From Octopus bimaculoides (taxonomy: Eukaryota), in contig NC_068987.1 of NCBI RefSeq assembly GCF_001194135.2, positions 100,581,371-100,645,370 on the forward strand: a stretch of DNA of 64,000 bases, read 5' to 3'. Of this stretch, positions 37,590 through 49,235 are shown piece after piece. A program made the position numbers and the translations under genes. The number at the start of each line of letters is the position of its first letter. The first letter of the stretch is position 1. Below the pieces are notes generated by a model. The model did not search any database, was not told the origin of the DNA, and was given only the letters and a program-made list of their open reading frames with translations.

Positions 37590-39300
37590 GATGGCCATGT
37601 TTGTGGTGGTGGTGGTGGTGGTGATGATGATGAGGAGGAGGTGGAAGAGGAGGATGATGATGGTCATGCTCATGATTATGATGATAAGAAGGAGGAGGAG
37701 GAAGATAAGGGAGGCGATGGAGGTGTTGGAAGTGGAGCAAATATGTCGGATAATGGCGATTATGATAAACCAGCCAAGGGGAGGTGGATTGGAAATTTAA
37801 TTAAGGGATTTGTAATCCACGCTAATGTGTAAACTGCTGCTCCGATGATGATGGGACGACGTTGATGATGATGATGATGATGAGGAGGAGGAGGAGGAGG
37901 AGGAGNNNNNNNNNNNNNNNNNNNNNNNNNNNNNNNNNNNNNNNNNNNNNNNNNNNNNNNNNNNNNNNNNNNNNNNNNNNNNNNNNNNNNNNNNNNNNNN
38001 NNNNNNNNNNNNNNNNNNNNNNNNNNNNNNNNNNNNNNNNNNNNNNNNNNNNNNNNNNNNNNNNNNNNNNNNNNNNNNNNNNNNNNNNNNNNNNNNNNNN
38101 NNNNNNNNNNNNNNNNNNNNNNNNNNNNNNNNNNNNNNNNNNNNNNNNNNNNNNNNNNNNNNNNNNNNNNNNNNNNNNNNNNNNNNNNNNNNNNNNNNNN
38201 NNNNNNNNNNNNNNNNNNNNNNNNNNNNNNNNNNNNNNNNNNNNNNNNNNNNNNNNNNNNNNNNNNNNNNNNNNNNNNNNNNNNNNNNNNNNNNNNNNNN
38301 NNNNNNNNNNNNNNNNNNNNNNNNNNNNNNNNNNNNNNNNNNNNNNNNNNNNNNNNNNNNNNNNNNNNNNNNNNNNNNNNNNNNNNNNNNNNNNNNNNNN
38401 NNNNNNNNNNNNNNNNNNNNNNNNNNNNNNNNNNNNNNNNNNNNNNNNNNNNNNNNNNNNNNNNNNNNNNNNNNNNNNNNNNNNNNNNNNNNNNNNNNNN
38501 NNNNNNNNNNNNNNNNNNNNNNNNNNNNNNNNNNNNNNNNNNNNNNNNNNNNNNNNNNNNNNNNNNNNNNNNNNNNNNNNNNNNNNNNNNNNNNNNNNNN
38601 NNNNNNNNNNNNNNNNNNNNNNNNNNNNNNNNNNNNNNNNNNNNNNNNNNNNNNNNNNNNNNNNNNNNNNNNNNNNNNNNNNNNNNNNGGAGGAGGAAGT
38701 GGGGAGGAGGAAGTGGGGAGGAGGAAGTGGGGAGGAGGAAGTGGGGAGGAGGATGAGGCGGACGTGGTAGAGGGCATGAAAAGCAAGTGAGGGAGGAAGA
38801 AGGGAGGAAGAAGGGAGGAAGAGAAGAGCATGTAGAGGAACTGATGAGGAGTAGGATGGAAAGAAGTGGTGGAGGAGTAGGAAGAGGGAAGTTAAGGGGG
38901 AAGAGTAGAGGAGGCGGAGTAGAAGGAGGAAGGGGGAGTGGAGTGAAAGTGTGGAAGAAGATGTGGAATAGGTGCAGGAGGAGAAGGAAGAGGTGTGGCA
39001 AATGAGGGAGAGGTGAAAGTGGAGAAAGAGGAAGGAGAAAAGATGGATGAGGAAGTGAAAGAGAAAGAGAAAGAAGATGAGGAGGTGGAAGATGTGGTGG
39101 GGGAGGAGGAAGAGAATGAAGTGGAGAAGGAGGGGGAGGACAGATGAATGAAGAGGTGGAGAGAGAAATAGGAGAGAGAGGAAGAGAGGAGAAGGAGGAA
39201 GAGTGGTATAGGTAGGAAGAGGAGGAAGGGAACGGGTATGAAATGGAGAAATTGAAGAAAGATGAGGATGTGGACTTCGACGCCAATTACGATGGCGGGC
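37590..39300. repeat. Purine-rich (GGA/GAA) low-complexity tract with 14-bp tandem repeat, spanning a gap
   Basis: Plus strand is almost all G/A; (GGAGGAGGAAGTGG)x4.6 at 38689-38753. Confidence 0.9.
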
Positions 39301-39560
39301 GACGTCGATGAAGCTGACGATGACGAGGAACAGGATAAATGATTTTGAAATTTCACACATAATCACACGGTTTCAAAGACAGCAAGCTGATGCTTACTGA
39401 ATCAAGCTGAGGACATTACTGGCTTCTTTATTGACCCTCGGAGCTATGAAGTGGCTTCCCTCAGGTAGGTATTGAAATCTAATTATAAATATGCGATAGT
39501 GAATCAAGGACTGCTTTGTTTTCCTCCTAACAATATACCATTAATAATAAATCTCTAAAC

Positions 39561-39643
39561 GAGGTATAAACAGTAGCTGCGCTTCAACGTTAAGTATATT
39601 TGCCACTTAAATGCGGCTAAACCCTAAGGGTGAATGTTACTGT
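39561..39643 (+). ncRNA. Candidate degenerate HDV-like ribozyme fold
   Basis: Nested pairings in HDV order: AGGTAT/ATATTT, ACAGTAGC/GTTACTGT, GCT/AGT, GCC/GGC, ACCC/GGGT. P1.1 and the catalytic C are ambiguous. Confidence 0.3.
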
Positions 39644-40716
39644 AGCTTGTAGTCCCAGGAGAACATCTCCTCCAGCTGGATATTGACACACTTTCTGTGC
39701 CCTGTCGGTATTTGCAAAGGGAAGTCATCCTTCCCATCGTTGATCTGACGTGATACGTACGGACCCGGGTTTCTGGGTATTTACCCTTCGTCAGCGTACG
39801 ACAATCACCGATCTTCGATGCGAAGGGCTCCGAATGCAAATACATATATCTTTTTTGCAGTGACAAAAGTTCAGTGATCTCAAATAGCATTAATCTTTGA
39901 TAGAAATTATTTCCAGTACACGCATTAACCGACACATACAGGGGAGGGTACAATCTATGAAAGCTTACCGGTATACGAGTGATATTTATTTTTCTTTTAA
40001 CCTTTTGAACCCTGACCTCTTGAACCTTATTTTACCATGTACCAGGCACCCCACCGGTAGGGACTACAGCACAAACGAAAATAAGCCAGCCACCGGTAAA
40101 CTGATGTTACGGGCTCAAAGGTTTTCAATACGATATAGGCACAGTAGACTATTCGGGAGAGATTTCGCCACAGGAAATAAATGTACGTAACTTAATACAG
40201 TGATAATGAAACCAACCGTACAGCAGAGAAAGTACACTTAGTACCAGAAAACATAGGATAAAGAACTACTGTTTGCAACATGACAAATTTTACATATTAC
40301 TCAGATTAACAGAGGCGCATGTGGTGACTTAGTAATTCTTCGTTCGAAACATTTGATGATGATGATGACGACGACGACGATGATGATTATAGAAGAAACA
40401 GAAGCGACTGTAACTACAATAATCCTACAAAAACAATACGAAAATAACAATAAAAATTATTGTATAATTTTGTTCTTTTCTAATTTAGGCACGCGGACAG
40501 AAGCTTTGAGGGCAAGAGCACGGACGATCCCACTGACACCAGTACTAGAATATTAATTCGTTTTATCAGCCCCGGTGTGATGATGGGCAAATTTGACCTC
40601 TATGGGGTTTCAACTATGAGTGTGAACGACGGGAACGAATTCCACAAGGCATTTTTTCTTCTGCTCTATGGTTTCTACCAGCTCAACATAGAAGATAACA
40701 ACAGTAACTACTACTG

Positions 40717-40853
<137 letters not shown>

Positions 40854-41397
40854 TGCCCGGATGCAGTACCAGGCAGTGGCTTCTGATCTTAATTGATTGG
40901 AAGTGTTATCATGTACATTGCTTTGTCTTGATATAAAAGATGGTCTATAGCAAATATTCTGCTCAATACCATAGATTTGCTTCTCAGTTGTTTGACCTTA
41001 ACCAGTTCAGCATGTCATTTGGTGGCTGACGATATGTGCATCTCTGATCATGTACAGAAGTAGTTGGGGAGCATCATAGCCATGTGTTGAGAGGAATTCT
41101 TTGGAGTTTGAATAATTCACCTTTGGAAACATGGATGGTTTGCTCAACATCCTTAAACAAACTTTATTCAGGGACCTTTTTAGCGGGATGGGCTATTCGA
41201 CCTGAAGAAAATTATAATTGGGCTCCACCTGCAAGGTCATGCGCTGTTTATCTTGATATGAAATCACCAAGTCGCGCTCATATAGTTGTGATTCATGTGC
41301 CTGGCGTACCCTTATCAGACGGGTGGCCATGATGAGTATAATGGGCTTCGTATATATTACCCCAGTGTCACTTTGATGGCGTGCAGTGCTCTCTCAC

Positions 41398-41400
<3 letters not shown>
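40854..41400 (+). mobile_element. Non-coding (AAT)n-flanked repeat (family E), copy 2
   Basis: Bounded by (AAT)n on both sides; homologous to 11775-12230. Confidence 0.85.
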
Positions 41401-41451
<51 letters not shown>

Positions 41452-41453
<2 letters not shown>

Positions 41454-41955
41454 CAAGAGTAACACCACTCAAACCAAACCTGTCGATAACTGATATCCAC
41501 ATACAAACTAGTAAACAATCAACACCACTAAGCAACAAGAAAAGATGAAAACTACTACGTAATTACAAAATTACAGAAGATATACTCGAGGTAAAAGAAC
41601 AGCTAACGTAAGATATCCCTGCCAAAGCACAAAGAATCCACCGGCACAAAGGATCCACCGGCACAAAGGATCCACCGGCACAAAGAATCCACCGGCACAA
41701 AGAATCCACTGGCCATCGTTTCTTTGAACACAACAAAACGTTCAACTCCAATCCCAAAAGATTCTACCAAATACTTTGCAAAAATAAAACAAAAACAAAA
41801 AAATCGATGAAGCACAACAGCCGAAAGAAACTTGGTTGGCGAAGAAACAACGAACACAGCGCCTGAACAACTCTGGACCCTATAAGAGCTGAAGAGGTCA
41901 GTCAAGCACTGCAAAAGCTAAGCAGCTGGAAGCCAGATCCCCAACTTCTGGCCCC
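41452..41955 (+). mobile_element. R4/Dong-like LINE pre-RT fragment containing a 5x17-bp tandem duplication
   Basis: LEVKEQL...AKAQRIHR...FFEHNK.FNSNPKRFYQ...IRAEEVSQALQKLSSWK...PNFW; starts immediately after (AAT)n. Confidence 0.7.
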
Positions 41956-42098
41956 ACTGTTGATATTGGGGGTTGCGATCTGTGCCTTGACCCCAGTATA
42001 CAACGGGATTCGCTTCTTTGAGTTGGGAAATAAATGGAATGCCTGGTGTGTGTCTTGTTCTGCCTAGCCCTCATAAAAAATGGGGAATAGGCCTGGGT

Positions 42099-42137
<39 letters not shown>

Positions 42138-42632
42138 NNNNNNNNNNNNNNNNNNNNNNNNNNNNNNNNNNNNNNNNNNNNNNNNNNNNNNNNNNNNNNN
42201 NNNNNNNNNNNNNNNNNNNNNNNNNNNNNNNNNNNNNNNNNNNNNNNNNNNNNNNNNNNNNNNNNNNNNNNNNNNNNNNNNNNNNNNNNNNNNNNNNNNN
42301 NNNNNNNNNNNNNNNNNNNNNNNNNNNNNNNNNNNNNNNNNNNNNNNNNNNNNNNNNNNNNNNNNNNNNNNNNNNNNNNNNNNNNNNNNNNNNNNNNNNN
42401 NNNNNNNNNNNNNNNNNNNNNNNNNNNNNNNNNNNNNNNNNNNNNNNNNNNNNNNNNNNNNNNNNNNNNNNNNNNNNNNNNNNNNNNNNNNNNNNNNNNN
42501 NNNNNNNNNNNNNNNNNNNNNNNNNNNNNNNNNNNNNNNNNNNNNNNNNNNNNNNNNNNNNNNNNNNNNNNNNNNNNNNNNNNNNNNNNNNNNNNNNNNN
42601 NNNNNNNNNNNNNNNNNNNNNNNTATATACAT

Positions 42633-45105
42633 ATAAGCAGGAAATGAAGAAAACCACTGATTAACAAACACATCGTTTGGACCACATTTATAGTTTATTT
42701 TTTTAACACAAATCATGACATAACAAATAAGTGACGTAACAAAGCTTACGGCCGTTTCCGCATCCGTTCCAAAACGATGTCTATAAATAATTGCGAAAAC
42801 AAAATTCTTCATCTTCATAGGACATACGAATTAAATGGAGGGGGTGCAAAACGTTTTAAAATTCATGAAAATAAGTTATTTAAAAAATAATACAAAGAAA
42901 CTTACTCATATGATTATCATAGAGAAGCACCTATGCAACCGAAGTAAAATGCATCCAAAAATTACCGTACGTTGCTTAAGAAAGTGTACTCATAGAAATA
43001 TTATCGAGAATCCCACCTATGGTACACAATGGGCAAGTCTAAATTTAGTTACAATTTGTACCGAGGTCACAAGTTAAAGCCGTTACAATGAATATGTCAA
43101 TAAAAATAAATAAAAGATAATGAGTACGCGGGAAAAGACAATGATATAAGTGGTGCGTGGCCGCTTATGTCCTTCAGCATATTAACGTTATAACATGCAT
43201 GATGGAACGGTCAAAAATTAAGTATCCTCTGGTTATATTTAAGAGGGGACTTTTTTTACCTTCAAGCACCTTTTATACCATGGCTGTATTTGTCGGTACT
43301 TACTGGAATTTGGACTTAATTCGCTACTAACTTGTTTTTCTTTCCTCCACTCACTGTCCTTCTCCCACTTTAAAGGGATATTAATAGCCCTACATATTTA
43401 GGAACAAAATTATCTCCATGTTTGAATTATTCACCTTATTTAATTTTATTGTAATTTTATTATATGTTATTTTACCTTTATATTATTGTACTCTGTGTCC
43501 ACCTTCTCCCACCATACATTGTATGCGTTCGCTTGTTTTTGGTACTATGTTAGTTGGACTTACTAGGAGATATTTGTAAAAATTTGATGTACTATGTAGA
43601 ACTGTAAGTGTAGCCAGTTGATTGAAATTGCATGTCTGCATCTGCTTAGAGTTAATATATTATTAGGATAGGATCTTTAAATTATTAGATTTATTGATAG
43701 AAACAATCTAATTTTAAGAGTTTATGTAATATAAGCACAGCCTGTTGATTGTAATACTACTTTCTGCACCCAATTTAAGTTAATATGCCTTTAGTTAATA
43801 ATTTTTAATTATTAAATTCAATTAGTATTTTGAAGTATGTTTAGTAATTTATTTAAATTAAGGAAACTTTACTCACAGTACTAATTTGCCAGTGGACCCA
43901 GTATAAAATGTACCCATATAGTGCCAATATATTCTTTTTAATTGTTTATATAATGATAGGAACTATGTAGCTCTAATGATTATGTAATGCTTATTAAGCA
44001 TATTTATTATACTGTGGCAACTTGTGAGTTGCATTAGTTGATAATAATTAATAGGTGATTTGGTCTTAAATATTAACCGCCTAATTGTAAGTGGCTTCTT
44101 GTTTGTACATTGTAGTGTACCTATAAGATGGATTTTTCTTACGTACATGCTTATGTCAAATTATTACCACAATTCACTCTATATGAGGTTAAGTCTAAAT
44201 TCATTTCCTAGTAGCCTCAACGAGTTTCTGAATTGCCTGTAGTAATTGCCTCCCCTTAACTATGACCTGACGCTACTTACTCATTGACTGTTACATCATG
44301 CGTGTTATAACGTTCAGCTGCTGAAGGACATAATCGGCCACGTACCACTAATATCATTGTTTTCTCCTCCGCGGACACTTTATCTTTGTTTATTTATTTT
44401 TATTGACACATCCATTGTAACGGTTTTAACTTGTGACCTCGTACAAATTGCAATTGACCAACTGTAGAGAACGCTAGACTTAGACTTGTCCCATTGTGTA
44501 CCATAAGTGGGATTCACGGTAATGTTTCTATGAGTACACTTTCTTAAGTACCCCACGGTAATGTTTTGGATACATTTTACTTGAGTTGACTTCATTAGCA
44601 TAGATACTGCCCTTTGATAATTGTGTCAGTAAGTTTCTTTGTATTATGTTTTTGAAAACTTCTTTTCATGAATGCTAAAACATCTTGCCTCACACTTATT
44701 TGAAATTACCCTTAAATAAATTGTGGTATTCCTAGGACCATTATTATTAGCTCAATCTTTTACGTACGGACCTCGTAGGCACAAAATGGTAGATTATATG
44801 CTTTCAATATATTGGGCTCCTAGATTTCATTTCTAGGCCATGTTGTCTTCCTTATTCCTTCTTCCCTTAGTTTATATTCGATGCTCTGTATTTTTAGTCT
44901 CATAAAGTTTCGTGTCTTAATTCGAATGTCCTATCAAGATGAAGAATTTTATTTTCGCAAATAGTTATAGACAGCATTTAGCAACGGATGCGGAAATGGC
45001 TGTAAGATTTGTTACGTCATGCTTTTTGTAAAAAAAAAAATAAGCTATCAACGTGCTCTAATCGATATGCTTATTAATCTGATGTTTTCTCCATTTTCTG
45101 ATTAT
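42633..45105. mobile_element. Putative foldback-like non-autonomous element with very long inverted arms
   Basis: Left arm 42633-43224 aligns with the reverse complement of 44274-45105 (for example, 24/24 identity between 42975-42998 and 44525-44548). The AT-rich non-coding spacer is about 1.05 kb. Confidence 0.7.
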
Positions 45106-45809
45106 TTGTATTTGTTTCCTGATAAACTCTTGTTTACCCTGTTGTTACTTGCACTCTACGTGCATAGTGTGCCTACACACCAAAGCCCGGGGATAACACG
45201 GGTAACGGGTACCGATAGTACAAACGAATATTTTATCCCTTAGTCGGTTATTATATGCATGAGTGTGCGTATATGCATGTTTGTCTTTGTGTGTGTGCGT
45301 GTGTGGTGTTTGTGTGTGTATGTATGTGTGTGTGCGTGAGCGCGTGCGTGTGTGTGTGTGTGTGTGCGTGTGTGTGTGTGTGTGTGTGCGTGTGTGCATA
45401 TGTGCGTTGTAAACTCCGTTGCGAAATTGCATAGACCGTGCTTTCGAACATAAATCCCTTAAAAGCTTTCCTCTTCACTGCAGAAACACGTTGTTGTGAT
45501 ATTCGCTATTATAAAAACACTGAGCCAAATATTAACTTAATGCAAATATGTAACCATTTTTGCATTTGTTAACAAAACGAAATATAAGAAAAAAAAAAGG
45601 GGACGAAAAAAAAAAGAATTATGGGTGATTTCTGTCGTCCAAGCGCTTAAAACTGGTAACTAATACCAAGAAATATAAGCTCAGCAGTTCTTGCTCTCTT
45701 CTTTACGTTTCTCACCGTTTTCGTTGTATGTTTCCTGAGTGAAATGAACATTATAAACATGATTCCATTATTAATATGTTTGAAATCAAAATCCCAGCTA
45801 CATTAGCAA

Positions 45810-45950
45810 CATTATCATCATCACTATCTTCGTCATCGTCGTCGTCGTCGTCAGCAGTTATATGAAAAGCGTTATCATCATTTTTATAGCAATTATCCTT
45901 ATCATAATTAACGAACACACAGTCATCAGCATCATCATCGTCATCGTCTT

Positions 45951-45999
<49 letters not shown>

Positions 46000-46034
46000 G
46001 TCATCATCATCACCTTCATCATCATCGTCATCAC

Positions 46035-46066
<32 letters not shown>

Positions 46067-46385
46067 CTATCGTCGTCATCATCATCCTCATGATCACCAC
46101 CACCACCACCATCACCATCGTCACCATCACCGTCATCCCCATCGTCGTCTGTATCGTCATCATTATCAAAATCATCATCATCATTTTCTGCACCATTTTC
46201 GTTGTTATTGTAATTCACTCGCTCACCTATTTTTTTAATCATAATCCCCCATTATCACCACAGCCATCACCCGCATCATCATCATCATCATCATCATCTT
46301 CATCATCATGATCATCATCATAATCTTCATCATCATCATCATCACACCCACCGACAGCATGACAGCCATCATCATCATCAGCATC
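45810..46385. repeat. (CAT)n/(CGT)n/(CAC)n compound microsatellite
   Basis: Direct reading; it produces the poly-D/M/I ORFs in the track. Confidence 0.95.
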
Positions 46386-48122
46386 ACAAGTAGCAACTTC
46401 ATTCCCTTTGTTTTCTCCCTCAGATATTCATTACCCCTCACCCCATCACATACACATTCCTTTAATTGTTTGATTTTTCTTTCTTTTACTTTGTTATTTT
46501 TATTGTTATTTATTAATCTGTCAATTAGTTAATGAACATTTCATTTCAATTAATTGTTCTTCCTTCCCCCACTGTCCATCAGGATTCTAATACTTCCGGT
46601 TCTTTGTGTGACTATGTGCATATCTCTATGGTGAGTGTGTGTATGTGTATGTGATGTTAACCGCCATTGATAAGTTTTCCTTTATACATTTTCATGTGGG
46701 TGTATAGCTAACTTCCACATAGAGTCAGTGATTATGTGCTCGTCAGTATGCGAATTTATCGAAGTTAATATGTGTGTCTGTATGTATGTATAGATGAGTG
46801 TATACTTGATTGCATGCATGTGTGAGATTTCCTCACTTTAAATTATGTATTCATCAACGTCTGGGGGTTTTTCTGCCAGTAGTATAAATTAATGCGCGAG
46901 GCTGTCTACTTAGCTATAATAATATATCTGAGTGCATATGTGCGAGTGTGTATCAACGAACCAGGAGACCATAAAGCATTTTCATCTACCTCTCTCCGTT
47001 TCCCTCCTTGCTCTCTCCTTCTCACCCTTATCTCTCTCTTGTAGGTGTGCAGTTTATATAGTATACAACTTTTGGTAGTGTGTTTCATTGTGTCTGTTCC
47101 TAATACGTATGTAAAACATATGTTGTCTACGTCTGGTCAAAATAAGTACGCCGTGAGATACTACCTCGCTGTAATATAGATGAGTGTTTGTGAATTGTAA
47201 GATATTTTAATCCCAATTCAAGCCATAATAGTCAAATCTAAGGTCATTGACGATCTGGATGTGTGGCTGTGGTTTTCCCGTTTTCGTTGTATATCAAATA
47301 CTGCATTATGTATTGTATATCAAATGTAGAATTTGACTTCTGTTTGTCGTAGGTCGCGGGAGACTTGTTGCTGCCTCATTGACACATTGTTCCTAATCAC
47401 GCGTAACATTCATGTATGCGTGCCTCTCTACGTGTTTGCTGCCGCACTTGTGCGTGTATTACGAATATGTGTTCTGTTTGTAATCAATGTTCCGTACGCA
47501 TACAGAAACCTGATGCTGCTCTATTTATTGCTATAATTCTTATTTTATGTGTATGTGTGTATGCTTAATTACCTGAACCTATTTTTCCCTCTCGTTGTAA
47601 GTACTCTGTATTGTGTGAGTGCACTTGAATCTCTCTGTGTGTATGTATGTGTATGTGTGTGGATGCACGATTGCATTGTTGGTTATAGTAGTTGTTTTGT
47701 CTGGTCTGTATGCGAGTGTACTCCATATTTTGGCTGTTTAACAATATGCATTGTTACTCAATGTGTATTTTGTGTGTAAATAATTGTTTTCCATTGGTGC
47801 CTGTCGAGATGAATACTATGTGTATATATGTGTTTTGTAACGTGGATGTCTTTTAATACAGGAGCACTTAACTGTATGGTAGTATGTGTGATTGTGTGAG
47901 TGTGAGTATGAATTGCTCTATTTATGCATCATGAAAGTTCTTTGTGAGCGAATGTTGTGTGTTGTGTGTTGTATCAGTGGCGTTGTCGTCTGCGTATGCT
48001 TGAAATTTAAAGATTAACTTTGAACGAGCAACCCAATGCCCGAAGACATTCAAGTATGAGCAATACATATTTTAGCCTATGAAACTACATTACATCTTGT
48101 CTAATGATTATGCAAGCATTTA

Positions 48123-48192
<70 letters not shown>

Positions 48193-48971
48193 TGTGTGTG
48201 TGTATGTGTGTATGTGTGTGTAGTCACACGAATTTACATATATGACGGAATATAGAATGAGCAATGGTTTTGCATACATAAAGTGTTTAACCTTATAGAC
48301 CACTCGTCAGACTCTAATGGCTGCCAGTCGTCCATAAAGCTAAGTGCTTATGGATGCCAAGCCATTGGTCACTCTGTGACTGGACATATACTGACATTTA
48401 TATAAATACCTTACTGTCCTACTTATTAGAGTGCTCTTATTTTTCGGATATACGATCCTCTGACAATGTGTGTGTGTGTATATATATGCATATATATATA
48501 TATATANNNNNNNNNNNNNNNNNNNNNNNNNNNNNNNNNNNNNNNNNNNNNNNNNNNNNNNNNNNNNNNNNNNNNNNNNNNNNNNNNNNNNNNNNNNNNN
48601 NNNNNNNNNNNNNNNNNNNNNNNNNNNNNNNNNNNNNNNNNNNNNNNNNNNNNNNNNNNNNNNNNNNNNNNNNNNNNNNNNNNNNNNNNNNNNNNNNNNN
48701 NNNNNNNNNNNNNNNNNNNNNNNNNNNNNNNNNNNNNNNNNNNNNNNNNNNNNNNNNNNNNNNNNNNNNNNNNNNNNNNNNNNNNNNNNNNNNNNNNNNN
48801 NNNNNNNNNNNNNNNNNNNNNNNNNNNNNNNNNNNNNNNNNNNNNNNNNNNNNNNNNNNNNNNNNNNNNNNNNNNNNNNNNNNNNNNNNNNNNNNNNNNN
48901 NNNNNNNNNNNNNNNNNNNNNNNNNNNNNNNNNNNNNNNNNNNNNNNNNNNNNNNNNNNNNNNNNNNNNNN

Positions 48972-49235
48972 GGGCAGGACGCATCGTTAAAACGGCTCTT
49001 CCCATGGACCGCAAATTAAATTTGTATACACAAATTAAATCTTGCCATGGAGGAATGTTGTGGCGGACAAAAATCAAGACAGGAAAACAAACAGAAAAGG
49101 CTTTACGGCCAGACGAGAAAAATTGTTTGTCTGTGAACGCTGTGAGGCACGAACTTAAAAGTAGGGACGAAATGGTTCGTGTGTCTGCTCGGCGACAGCC
49201 AAGGAAGAAAAGATTATTGACCGGAAGCATGTGAC
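48972..49235 (+). pseudogene. Possible RTE-like LINE C-terminal zinc-finger remnant
   Basis: One frame gives PWRNVV...RKGFTARREKLFVCERCEAR and the adjacent frame LKSR, reminiscent of the RTE C-terminal F.C..C.R...SR motif; the His ligands were not found. Confidence 0.3.

Noticed and set aside
41627-41711. Short direct repeats superficially like a CRISPR array
   Set aside because: There are no spacers, the context is eukaryotic, and the unit is LINE coding sequence.
43241-43397. 52-codon stop-free minus-strand frame in the spacer of the foldback element
   Set aside because: It has no start codon or recognisable motif, and its length is within chance expectation.
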